From contig CAZPLB010000001.1 in NCBI GenBank assembly GCA_964587425.1, forward strand, positions 30,545 to 94,544: a stretch of DNA of 64,000 nt, given 5' to 3'. This document shows, piece after piece, positions 29,952 to 38,948 of this stretch (positions are counted from its first letter, which is position 1; every line of letters starts with the position of its first letter). The notes beneath the pieces are model-generated. The model had not been told where the DNA came from and searched no databases. It saw nothing but the letters and a program-made list of their open reading frames with translations. Origin of the DNA: an uncultured Gammaproteobacteria bacterium. GTDB lineage: Bacteria; Patescibacteriota; Microgenomatia; UBA8517. The position numbers and the translations under genes were made by a program.

Positions 29952-30614
29952 TTATGCAGTAAACCCTTCTACTAATTCTAGAAGTGCCTTTTTTGGATCT
30001 TCTGCTTTTACTATATTTGTTGCAACAGCTATTCCTGATGCACCTAGTTCTACTGAAACTCTGACGTCTTGGGCTACATGAATGCCTGCGCCGACTATTA
30101 AGGGTATACTTTTTGCTTTTGAAATTTCAGCAGCCTCTTTAATGATTTCTGGTTTTTCTGTTGCTACCGATTTATCAGTTGCCCCAACCAATTCTCCCGG
30201 TTCATATGAAACATAAGTTGGAGTTAATTCCAGAACTTTTTTTAACTCTTCAATGTTGTCTGCAAAGATTAATGTTTGAAGATTTACACTTTTGCACTTT
30301 TCAACTGCTGTAGTTAGTGCATTCATGTCTTCAAACTTGTGTTCTGAATGATTCAAGAAAACTCCTCTCACTCCAAGAGCTGATACTTCCTCCGGAAGGG
30401 TCCAACCTGTGTGTGCACCGTAGGTGATCGGATCGACGTGCTGTATCCAAACTTCAAGCTTGGTGGAATTAATTATTGTTTCTGCATCTAAGGCTTGAAC
30501 TACAGGGATTATTTTTTGTGAGGTTAAACTTCCTACTTCCTCCAAAATTTTTGTGAGTGCAACAGCTTTAGCTCCACTTCCCTCTTCGTAAGTCTTGAAA
30601 TTTACAAAAATCAT
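29952..30614 (-). CDS. tpiA: triosephosphate isomerase (archaeal-type, short)
   Basis: VNFKTY, GAHTG, NHSEH, YEP, GAGI. Confidence 0.9.
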   Translation of the reverse strand: MIFVNFKTYEEGSGAKAVALTKILEEVGSLTSQKIIPVVQALDAETIINSTKLEVWIQHVDPITYGAHTGWTLPEEVSALGVRGVFLNHSEHKFEDMNALTTAVEKCKSVNLQTLIFADNIEELKKVLELTPTYVSYEPGELVGATDKSVATEKPEIIKEAAEISKAKSIPLIVGAGIHVAQDVRVSVELGASGIAVATNIVKAEDPKKALLELVEGFTA

Positions 30615-30859
30615 TTCCCAAGTATAGTATCTATTTTGCCTTTATCAAAACCAATAACGTGTTCTTTGGTACCATCATCTTTGGCAAAGACAATAAATGG
30701 AACTCCAAGAAAACCGTTTGATTCCCTCATCATTTCCTCTTTTGCTGCATCGTCGGTGTCAACTAATTTCTCAGTAAATGCTTGACCTTTTTCTTTGAAA
30801 TAGTCCTTGAGCATTTTGCAGTAGGGACATGTTGTTGTTGTGTAAACAGTTATAGTCAT
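30611..30859 (-). CDS. glutaredoxin
   Basis: CPYC, GVP, IGFD; GGAGGTG SD before ATG 30859. Confidence 0.9.
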   Translation of the reverse strand: MTITVYTTTTCPYCKMLKDYFKEKGQAFTEKLVDTDDAAKEEMMRESNGFLGVPFIVFAKDDGTKEHVIGFDKGKIDTILGK

Positions 30860-30873
30860 AAAATCACCTCCAT

Positions 30874-31602
30874 TCATCCAAAAAGAAATCCTAGAACCTT
30901 AAACCATCCAGGATCCACTTTTAAGACTTCTCCAGTCAGGGCTGATATATATACCTTGGTATCGAATTTATATGGAATGATATTAAAAAAGTTGAGTTCT
31001 TTTTTTCCTGAGAGAAGATAACTAAGTTCTCCATTGGGACTCTCTGTAATTTCGGCAAGGCTAGGACTCTCTGTTAATAAATTTGCCTTCATGGCACTAG
31101 TTGATGCTTCAAAGGGCAAGATGGCCAGTACTCTCAAACCAGAAGGGGTTGTAACAGATAGTTCATTTGTTTTGGCATTTATTGTAATTGGAAAGGTAGT
31201 TCTTGCTGTAACACCGTTTTCTGTAATTATAAATTGTTCATCTTTATATCCAATTGTTACTTTTTGGGTTTGAGGCCGTGCCTCTATCTCAATTAAATTA
31301 TCCTTAATGTTTGTTACATCGGCTTGATGTTCGCCTGTTTCATTTTTTACATCAAGAACTACATTGCCGGCGTCTTTCGTGAGTGAGACTTGAGCATCGG
31401 ATAGTGCAAGGCTTGTATTTGAAACGCTTGTAATATCAATGCTTTCTGGTTTTTGGGCAGTGAGAGTTGACTCTTCACCTAGAACATTCCAAATTATATT
31501 GCCATTAGTCGTGATGTGGACAAAAGCTGCGTGAATGGGAGTCGGAAATGCGAAGTAAGCAGGTATAAGGAGTAAAACAAAAAGAAACTTAATTTTGTTC
31601 AC
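30874..31602 (-). CDS. exported hypothetical protein
   Basis: Signal peptide; C-terminal ISALTGEVL (PepSY-like). Confidence 0.65.
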   Translation of the reverse strand: MNKIKFLFVLLLIPAYFAFPTPIHAAFVHITTNGNIIWNVLGEESTLTAQKPESIDITSVSNTSLALSDAQVSLTKDAGNVVLDVKNETGEHQADVTNIKDNLIEIEARPQTQKVTIGYKDEQFIITENGVTARTTFPITINAKTNELSVTTPSGLRVLAILPFEASTSAMKANLLTESPSLAEITESPNGELSYLLSGKKELNFFNIIPYKFDTKVYISALTGEVLKVDPGWFKVLGFLFG

Positions 31603-31626
31603 AAGATTATTGTACCAGGAATCGCT

Positions 31627-31821
31627 TTAGAAAGAAAAATTATCCTCAAGTTGAAGTTCTGTATAATCTGGGTGTGATTCTACAACATCTGGAGTATTAG
31701 TTTTAGATAAATAATTTATTTTGTATCCGTTTCTTATTATATGTATATCACCGTTGTTGTCTATGAAACCCATAGCCTTTCCCTCATCGTCATAATCGTA
31801 TAAAACTAGTTCTGGTCCCAT
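31627..31821 (-). CDS. hypothetical protein
   Basis: 64-aa ORF translationally coupled to upstream gene (TAATG). Confidence 0.45.
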   Translation of the reverse strand: MGPELVLYDYDDEGKAMGFIDNNGDIHIIRNGYKINYLSKTNTPDVVESHPDYTELQLEDNFSF

Positions 31822-32315
31822 TATTGGAGTGTACCTTCTAGAATGCGCTTCTCAGGAGTTCTGTCGTTAATTCTTTCAAGGGTTACCCAAACCGTCTTAT
31901 GGGTTCCTAAATCTTTGGTCTCAAAATTGAACATCCATCCACCTTTGCCTTGGTAGAGAATTCCCATTGGAGTTACATTGCTGCCGTCAACTAACCAGGC
32001 TTCGTAGAAATATCCAGACCCAGGGTCTTCGAGATCTGCAATAACTGTATATGCTTTCATATTATTTTTGTCTTCTACTGTTACTATCCCCTGTCCACCA
32101 GAATTGGCAACATCTTTAAGGTCAGTTTTTACAACATTGTCTGGAATTGTTATGTTGAAATTGTTTTCTAATTTTTGTTCAAAGGCTGAAGTTTGAGTTG
32201 GAAGAGGAGTAGCTACTGGATTTGCGGCTTTTCTGTGTCTGAATAAATATATTGCTACTAAGCCAACTACAAGAATAGTTATGCCGATAGCTATGTCTTT
32301 GGCGCGTCCTTTCAT
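31821..32315 (-). CDS. membrane-anchored protein with RskA C-terminal-like domain
   Basis: TM; YEAWLV, VWVTLE..D..P pattern. Confidence 0.65.
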   Translation of the reverse strand: MKGRAKDIAIGITILVVGLVAIYLFRHRKAANPVATPLPTQTSAFEQKLENNFNITIPDNVVKTDLKDVANSGGQGIVTVEDKNNMKAYTVIADLEDPGSGYFYEAWLVDGSNVTPMGILYQGKGGWMFNFETKDLGTHKTVWVTLERINDRTPEKRILEGTLQ

Positions 32316-32388
32316 GATTATAGGGCGATGGTAACAAAGATGCGGATGGTTGTCAAATAATGGTAGTATAAATAGGGGGTGATTTAGA

Positions 32389-32580
32389 TTGTATAAACGA
32401 ATGATGAATTATTTTTCAAAGCATGTTTGGTACACATCCATTGTTCATGCGATTGCTGGGGTTGGTCTTGGAATAATAATTGCTAGACCAATAGATGCCA
32501 GTCATCCAGTAAAGCTCGGCCTTATACTACTCACGGTTGCGACTTTGGGACACATTTACCCAATGACCTTAAAGAAGTAA
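32389..32580 (+). CDS. small two-TM membrane protein
   Basis: HAIAGVGLG..LGH; start probably ATG near 32402. Confidence 0.55.
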   Translation: MYKRMMNYFSKHVWYTSIVHAIAGVGLGIIIARPIDASHPVKLGLILLTVATLGHIYPMTLKK

Positions 32581-32584
32581 TTTT

Positions 32585-32995
32585 TTATTTGGAAGGTTTT
32601 GTTTCAAACCACAAAGGGTTTTTGTTTTTTCCCTTTTTGTTGTAGTTTACCGTTATTTCTTCGTCTTCTTTGATATTTTTCAGTGCAACAAATTCAATTA
32701 ATTTTTTAACGCTCTTTATCTTATAAATTGCATTTGGTTTATATGAATGGTTATAAATGGAGCCAAAACCTAACGCTATCAGTAGTTTTTCTTTATTTTT
32801 GCCGAAGTAGAAAAAGTAAGTCACTAGAATACTTTCTCGTAAGTTTGCTGTGTCATACCTTGAAACTTCGATAATCGGACATGATTCAATGATTTCGCCT
32901 TTTTTAATATAGCGTTTGGCATAGACACCACGGCCAGCGTTTTTAATCTCAGACTCCTTAATGTATATCTTTTTTGAGGTGAGAAGTTTTTTCAC
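32585..32995 (-). CDS. SET-domain protein
   Basis: GRGVYA, YNHSYKPN, EEITVNY. Confidence 0.9.
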   Translation of the reverse strand: MKKLLTSKKIYIKESEIKNAGRGVYAKRYIKKGEIIESCPIIEVSRYDTANLRESILVTYFFYFGKNKEKLLIALGFGSIYNHSYKPNAIYKIKSVKKLIEFVALKNIKEDEEITVNYNKKGKNKNPLWFETKPSK

Positions 32996-33016
32996 TGGCT
33001 GAATTATATCAGAGAG

Positions 33017-33565
33017 TTAGAACTTGTAATCATCTGGCCTTGGAATTCTTTTATAGACCTTGTACCAATCAATTCTGATTTCTTCCTGGGCTTTTTCCAA
33101 GGTTTCTCTACTTTTACAAACTTCATCATGGAGATAATTTTCAACTACATCTTTTTCGTGAAAGCCAGGACGAGGTTCAGCTGGCTCCAAAAATAAATTT
33201 TTGATGTCATTACTGCCTCCTAATTCCAGTGGTATAAAATGATCTACTTCGTAGGCACCTTTGGATTGCGGATATGAAACACCATATTCTTCATATACTA
33301 ATTTCTTTGTTTTAAGAGAAACATCTCTAACTGATGAACTGTACCCTTTGACACAAACTTGTTCCCCTGTAACATCAAATACATCGCCTGGAGTTAATGC
33401 TTCATCTGGATATATATCAAGTCTTGGTTCGGGTGTCGAAGAGGGCATTTCTGTTTGGGCTGGGAGTACCTTTAGTTCTTGATTGGTTCTTTGGAGATTA
33501 AAGGATAGGAATACGATGCCAAGTATTAAAGTGCTTAATCCTGCAATAAAGAATCTTTTATTCAC
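33017..33565 (-). CDS. exported HNH endonuclease-like protein
   Basis: TM/signal; TPG, YEVDHFIPLELGGSN..NL, KD..EN..H..VC. Confidence 0.8.
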   Translation of the reverse strand: MNKRFFIAGLSTLILGIVFLSFNLQRTNQELKVLPAQTEMPSSTPEPRLDIYPDEALTPGDVFDVTGEQVCVKGYSSSVRDVSLKTKKLVYEEYGVSYPQSKGAYEVDHFIPLELGGSNDIKNLFLEPAEPRPGFHEKDVVENYLHDEVCKSRETLEKAQEEIRIDWYKVYKRIPRPDDYKF

Positions 33566-33660
33566 TTGGTGTGATTTTAGATATATTTTGACAAAAAGTC
33601 ACTATTGGGTATTTGTTAATACTTGACATGTATTTTCTATCGAATTATATTTGTTGAAAT

Positions 33661-33879
33661 ATGGCTTTTGAAAGAGAAAGTTCACAAATTTTAATGGATG
33701 CATATATGAGCATGAGGGGTAAAGGGATATCTGCTGAAAATTATTTAGCGACAAGATCTCTTTTAGTAGCTCCTGGTGTCACGATGCAAAATTATATTAA
33801 ATCACGTATTGAAGCTGGTGATATTGTTTGGGCTACTGTAAAAGATAGAAGAGTTTTAGTGGAAAATAGACAAAGATAG
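33661..33879 (+). CDS. hypothetical protein
   Basis: 72-aa ORF preceded by TTGACA..TATATT promoter. Confidence 0.5.
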   Translation: MAFERESSQILMDAYMSMRGKGISAENYLATRSLLVAPGVTMQNYIKSRIEAGDIVWATVKDRRVLVENRQR

Positions 33880-33880
33880 A

Positions 33881-34492
33881 TTAGAAACCCAATACTTCTT
33901 TAACTAAAATCAGTGTTATTCTTCCTTCTTTCTTTTCTTTATTTACTATTAATAATTTATTAACATTGCTTCCATTGCCATATGCAACTTGAGAACGTTT
34001 GTCTTCAAGTGGGAGACAATATTCATAGATCCTTTGCATTCCTTCATTTGTATCCTTAACTATTTTTTGCGTTCCTGCTACCCATATGACATTTGGTGAA
34101 CCATATACATATCCTGAAAGTTGGGAACCTGACTGGCTTGCAATTAAAACGTGGCCGTCTGAAGTTATTGCATGAACTGAACCAATGGCATATTGAGGAG
34201 CTGCACCTAATTTTTGCATTTCAAGATTCTCTTGTTCTCTATTCATGCTGCGCAGTTTTGTATGAACTGATACAAATTTATTTCCCTCATCAATTTCTTT
34301 TATAAGGCCAATTGTTTCAAGTGTTACTGAAGTCATGGTCATAACCTCACTTTTTTGTGGTATTAATTCCAGAACTTTATCTTTTGCCTCAACTCCATTT
34401 TCTGTGACTATTACATTAAAGTTGTTAGCTTTTAAATTCTTGATTGTTTCATCTAGGAGTACGTTTGGGGCTAGAGTTTTCCATTTGTCCAT
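33881..34492 (-). CDS. LUD-domain (lactate utilization C-like) protein
   Basis: SVHAITSDG, ASQSGSQL, GTQKIV, EVLGF end. Confidence 0.85.
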   Translation of the reverse strand: MDKWKTLAPNVLLDETIKNLKANNFNVIVTENGVEAKDKVLELIPQKSEVMTMTSVTLETIGLIKEIDEGNKFVSVHTKLRSMNREQENLEMQKLGAAPQYAIGSVHAITSDGHVLIASQSGSQLSGYVYGSPNVIWVAGTQKIVKDTNEGMQRIYEYCLPLEDKRSQVAYGNGSNVNKLLIVNKEKKEGRITLILVKEVLGF

Positions 34493-34553
34493 AAATGTAT
34501 TTTAGCATAATTTGAAATTTTTGATTAATTCTATTAGAATCAGGTGAATCAAA

Positions 34554-34787
34554 ATGGAATTGAATAAAGTGGTTCCCGGTTTACAGTTTCGTCTAGCTTT
34601 TGGGGTGTTTCCATCTGATCCCGAGGCAGGACGCATTGTTCATATTAAAATAAATCGGTTGGTTAGATATTGGGAAGGGATGGCTCCATATGTTGAATAT
34701 AATGAAGAGAAGATATCTACTTGGGAACAAATTTCTCGTCTTACTGAAGTAGCCAAGAAATTTGGATACTTCAGAGATGAAGACTGA
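34554..34787 (+). CDS. hypothetical protein
   Basis: 77-aa ORF with TAGAAT -10 and AGGTGA SD upstream. Confidence 0.45.
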   Translation: MELNKVVPGLQFRLAFGVFPSDPEAGRIVHIKINRLVRYWEGMAPYVEYNEEKISTWEQISRLTEVAKKFGYFRDED

Positions 34788-34827
34788 TTTATCTTGCAAA
34801 GATTGCGGTTGTGGAGATTTGAAATAT

Positions 34828-35136
34828 CTACAAAGTGATTGTGCTTTTGTCTTCCACATATTGACGAATCAAAAGTCCAATAAGAGTTTGGTATGCAACA
34901 TTTTTTCTTTTTGCTTTTGCTTTTATTCTGACCAAGTCTTCATTTTTTATTCTTAATGTAACGCTCTTGCTTTTTTGTAGTTCCAGATAATTTTTGGCTG
35001 CTTCCTGGAACATTTTTTTTGTCTTTTCTAAATTTTTGGTACTAACAAATTCACCTTTATTCAAGGCCTCTTCTAGTTCTAGTTCGTATTTATCTAAAAC
35101 TAAATTTTCAAATGGGTTAAGTTTATTTTTTGGCAT
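34828..35136 (-). CDS. CopG/BrnA-type antitoxin
   Basis: LDKYELELE, VTLRI, AYQTLI. Confidence 0.8.
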   Translation of the reverse strand: MPKNKLNPFENLVLDKYELELEEALNKGEFVSTKNLEKTKKMFQEAAKNYLELQKSKSVTLRIKNEDLVRIKAKAKRKNVAYQTLIGLLIRQYVEDKSTITL

Positions 35137-35404
35137 ATTTTTTAGTTAATTTTCGGCTTGGATACAAAGTTTTTAAAAACCACGTACTTTTCTCTTTGTT
35201 AATCGCGTATGGTACTGCATATACATATTCTTTTATTTTTACTACTAAAATTCTCTGATTTGGATATCTCTTTGCATTGTGGTGTTTTAAATCACCCAAT
35301 ATTTTTTTATTTTCAATGCATTCGATTATATCCTCAAAACCGACTCCTCTGGTTTCTTTTAGAATTAAGTTTTTCTCTTCAGAGAAATCAATTTTGAATA
35401 TCAC
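35123..35404 (-). CDS. BrnT-like toxin
   Basis: EKN..LK..RGVGFED, YPNQ, VPY, FLKT.YPSRK. Confidence 0.8.
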   Translation of the reverse strand: MIFKIDFSEEKNLILKETRGVGFEDIIECIENKKILGDLKHHNAKRYPNQRILVVKIKEYVYAVPYAINKEKSTWFLKTLYPSRKLTKKYAKK

Positions 35405-35410
35405 AGATAT

Positions 35411-35438
35411 AGTATATTAAATGTACATACTTTGTCAA
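35411..35438 (-). promoter_or_regulatory. sigma70 promoter with GTAT-N11-ATAC operator (TA pair 2)
   Basis: TTGACA 35433-38, 16 nt, TATACT 35411-16, 6 nt before GTG. Confidence 0.65.
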
Positions 35439-35446
35439 TACTCAAT

Positions 35447-36928
35447 TTACCTTGCAAAAATTATGGCTGTTGGAATTTGTCGCCCTGGTCCATATTTATA
35501 GCTTCCATTAATCCAGAGGGCTGAGGAGCCACCGCCGTCAATATTAATGGCATTATTTACTCCAAGAGTCTTGTACACCTGTGCTGAATCTGGAACTGTT
35601 GCACCTCTTGTTATGCAAAGATATATATTTGCCCCTGCTTCAACAAATGCTCCTCTATTTGATTTAACTGTTCTTTGTTTACTGTCTAGATTTCCTTCAA
35701 CTACTGAAATATTTCCACCTTGAACCAACATTGGGTTTCCTGCAGTTCCTGCTTGGATTCCAGTGTCTCTTCCCCACTCCAAAGTTCTACCTATAAATCT
35801 TGGACTGCCATCTCCATTAATTACAAGGAAAGGAAGAGTGCTATATACATTATTGGCCGAATTAATATATTTTTTGAGTCTGGAATTGAAAAAGAGTGTG
35901 TCAAAGGAGTTTTTTTTGTCTGAACAGGCTGGGTAATCAGCTGGGCAGAAATACATTCCATTCATGGCTGCAAAACCACCATTTCTTGTTGCAAATTGGT
36001 CAAGAGGAAGAACTGGACAATCATTTGTGCAGTCATTGTCATTTGCTGAGTCTGTGATGACACGCGTTCCTTTGGGGGTTCCTATACAGCTCAACACAAA
36101 AGTTCCAACTGGGGTATTAACAGACCCTGAACTATAGCCAATTCCAGGCATACTATTGAGAGACGAAACTGGTACTGGGGCAGTTGATGGACTTGATGAT
36201 CCACTTGGCTTTGGAGAGGTAGATATTTTTGGAGTTGGCGTTGGAGTCGAGAGAATTCCTGCGTCCAGATTTTTATTTAGTTCAAGCCAATCTTTTTCTT
36301 CCTGAGTTAGCGTTTGCTTTACTGGTTTTTTTAATTTTTTAGTTAGAAGTGAAAAGACTATTTCATCTCCAGCATTGACGGTTTCCTTTGAATCTTCTAG
36401 TTTATTTCCATCTGCGTCCTTGGCAGTAACTTCAACGGTATCTTCTTGTACCAATACTTTTGGATCAAATCCTTTTTTGATGATGGATGCGAAAGCGGTT
36501 CCACGTACCGTTGCAACTAAATTTGATGTTTCGACCGAGAAGTTTTCTTCTCCACCAAGTGCCTTTCTGAATCTCACAAAAACTTTTCCGATGTCTTGAA
36601 AGAGAGAGGTTGAGTTTGCATAGGTTACAGTGGTGCCTGGGCCAAGGCGTGCTTCGGTACCACTGTCGTATTTGATGACAGCAATTCCGCTAATGTCTGT
36701 TGTAACTTTGTCTCCTTCTTTTAACAATGAAGGAGAATCGGTCGCAATTTTTATTTTTTCTTCATTTCTTTCAATTACTACTCCATCTCTTAATGTTTTT
36801 AATTCTGCCGGCTTACTTTGAGTTGGAAGATTTGAGGTCATGGGGTTTTTTGAAATGAGTTTGCTTCCCAGAAGAAGAATTAGAAGGGCAATAATTATGG
36901 CTATTACTGCTAAAGGTAGTAGTTTCAT
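35447..36928 (-). CDS. FecR-domain / phosphodiester glycosidase (NAGPA-like) fusion
   Basis: FecR-like GDKVTT..VATVRGTAF; Pro/Ser/Thr linker; AMNGMYF, NIDGGGSS, RQIPTAI. Confidence 0.78.
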   Translation of the reverse strand: MKLLPLAVIAIIIALLILLLGSKLISKNPMTSNLPTQSKPAELKTLRDGVVIERNEEKIKIATDSPSLLKEGDKVTTDISGIAVIKYDSGTEARLGPGTTVTYANSTSLFQDIGKVFVRFRKALGGEENFSVETSNLVATVRGTAFASIIKKGFDPKVLVQEDTVEVTAKDADGNKLEDSKETVNAGDEIVFSLLTKKLKKPVKQTLTQEEKDWLELNKNLDAGILSTPTPTPKISTSPKPSGSSSPSTAPVPVSSLNSMPGIGYSSGSVNTPVGTFVLSCIGTPKGTRVITDSANDNDCTNDCPVLPLDQFATRNGGFAAMNGMYFCPADYPACSDKKNSFDTLFFNSRLKKYINSANNVYSTLPFLVINGDGSPRFIGRTLEWGRDTGIQAGTAGNPMLVQGGNISVVEGNLDSKQRTVKSNRGAFVEAGANIYLCITRGATVPDSAQVYKTLGVNNAINIDGGGSSALWINGSYKYGPGRQIPTAIIFAR

Positions 36929-36957
36929 ATGTTTGTTACAATAATAATATCAAAATT

Positions 36958-38511
36958 ATGAAAAAAAATATTCCTTATATACTTCTTTTTCTCATCGTAA
37001 TTTTAAGATTAGCTCTCAGGGTAGTTCCCTTATTAAACAATAATATTTATTTTACTGTTGATCAAGGGAAAACTGTTCTTTATGTAAGGGAAATATTGGA
37101 GCAGCACAGAATTTTTCTCAAAGGGCCTGAGACTAGCATTGCTGGAGTACATGCTGGACCACTATGGTATTACTTCGAGGCAATTGGGTATGGTATTTTT
37201 GGCGGCAACCCAATTGGCGGGGTTTTGGTCTTAACCATTCTAAAACTTGGTGTAGTAGTTGCCTTTACTTTGTGGATTCGTAAAAAAATAGGGTGGGCGT
37301 GGGCTTTGACAATTGCTTTCGTATTTCAATTTTTTTGGCCTTTCTATGAAGCATCTCTGTGGTCATTTAATCCTTTTCCTCTAGTGCCTCTTGCGATTTT
37401 ATTGGTCATCTTTCTCACAAAATTTTTATTGGGGGAGAGAAAATTTTACTACTTTGCTCTAATAGTTGTCCTCCTTTCCATTAATGCAGATGTTGCAGGG
37501 GCAGCTGTTTTTATATTATTTTTTACCCTTATTGGTCTAATCGGAGTTAGAAATAAAATATTAACTAAAAAAAGTTATTTAATTTCTGCTCTCCTAACTC
37601 CCTTAGTTGCTGTTGTTGGGATATTAGTGGAATTCATTCATTTGTTTATTAAGACAAAAGTTGTTTCTTATGAGGCAAGCGGAATTGGAGTTTTCAGCGG
37701 AACAAATTTTGTCTATATGGCACAAGAGTTTCTCAAATTGTTTGCTGGTGTTGTGAATCAGCAAAATATTCTCATTGGAATTCTTCTTTTTTTCTTCATC
37801 ACAGTATTGTATTTCAAGGTAAAAAAACCTGAGAAGTCCGTTCATAAATTTATAGTACTTACTTTTGTGTTTACATTGGTGTCATATCTATTCTTCTCAA
37901 CTAACAAAGGTTGGAAAGATTGGCATACTGTTTACCTCTCCCCTCTTCTTTTTATTACATTCATGTTGATGCTGTCACAAATTAAAAAGCAGATAGCAAT
38001 ACCTATACTTATTTTGACAATTGCTTTTCAAACATCTTACTTTAGCCAGAGGTTGACTTCATATATGAAACCTACGGATGATCCAAGTATTTTATATAAT
38101 GAACTTGCTGCTGTTGATTGGACTTACCAGAAAAGTGAAGATCAGGGATTTAGCGTTTACAACTATACAGATAGATTTTATGACAATCCATATCAATATC
38201 TTTATTGGTGGCATGGACTTAAAAAATATGGCTACTTGCCATGTGAGTATTCTAATTTTCCACTTTCTTCAAAGAGCGCCTATGTTGAGGGTTATGAACA
38301 TTATCTGGAACCAAAAAGAGGGTGCGATAGGATTTCGTTTCTAATTATACAAAGCGACACAAACGGCAATCAAAACACTGATTGGATTAAAAAATATCGT
38401 GAGTATCACACTCTGATTGAATCAACAAAGGTAGGGAGAATTACAATTGAAAAATATTACAGAAAAATTGGAGCACCTAATGATTTTTGTATTTGGCTTG
38501 AGAAGTGTTAA
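36958..38511 (+). CDS. ArnT/PMT-like (GT-C) membrane glycosyltransferase
   Basis: DQG, GP..SIAGVHAGPLWYY; many TMs. Confidence 0.75.
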   Translation: MKKNIPYILLFLIVILRLALRVVPLLNNNIYFTVDQGKTVLYVREILEQHRIFLKGPETSIAGVHAGPLWYYFEAIGYGIFGGNPIGGVLVLTILKLGVVVAFTLWIRKKIGWAWALTIAFVFQFFWPFYEASLWSFNPFPLVPLAILLVIFLTKFLLGERKFYYFALIVVLLSINADVAGAAVFILFFTLIGLIGVRNKILTKKSYLISALLTPLVAVVGILVEFIHLFIKTKVVSYEASGIGVFSGTNFVYMAQEFLKLFAGVVNQQNILIGILLFFFITVLYFKVKKPEKSVHKFIVLTFVFTLVSYLFFSTNKGWKDWHTVYLSPLLFITFMLMLSQIKKQIAIPILILTIAFQTSYFSQRLTSYMKPTDDPSILYNELAAVDWTYQKSEDQGFSVYNYTDRFYDNPYQYLYWWHGLKKYGYLPCEYSNFPLSSKSAYVEGYEHYLEPKRGCDRISFLIIQSDTNGNQNTDWIKKYREYHTLIESTKVGRITIEKYYRKIGAPNDFCIWLEKC

Positions 38512-38519
38512 GCTGAAGT

Positions 38520-38948
38520 ATGAGATGGGTTAATGAAAAATTCTTAAAGGTTGCCGATTTTGTCAGTTTTGGAATGGGTACCCCAACGAACATTATCTTT
38601 TGGATTCTGGCAGTTGTTGTTTGGTTCATTCTAGGTGCAACAAGATCTAATCTTTTCATGACAGGTAGTTTCTTACCATTATGGTTTACATCGAACGCCT
38701 GGAATTTTCCTTTGAACACGATTACAACTTTGGCTGAGCTTTACATTGGCTTCTTGGTTGCAGCTGCAACAAACAGAGCAGAACGGGAATTAAAAAAAAT
38801 TATTTTTGGAATGAAGGAAACACTTGATAAAGTGGAAAGGATAAATACAAATCAAAATAAAATATTAGATTTACTTGTTGAGTATCAAAAGAAAGAACTA
38901 CACAAAGAATCTGAAGTATTGAGGACTGTAAAGGAAATAAAGAGTTAA
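38520..38948 (+). CDS. DUF1003 / low-affinity iron-permease-like membrane protein
   Basis: VAD....MGTP, WNFPLNTITT, NR coiled-coil tail. Confidence 0.6.
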   Translation: MRWVNEKFLKVADFVSFGMGTPTNIIFWILAVVVWFILGATRSNLFMTGSFLPLWFTSNAWNFPLNTITTLAELYIGFLVAAATNRAERELKKIIFGMKETLDKVERINTNQNKILDLLVEYQKKELHKESEVLRTVKEIKS

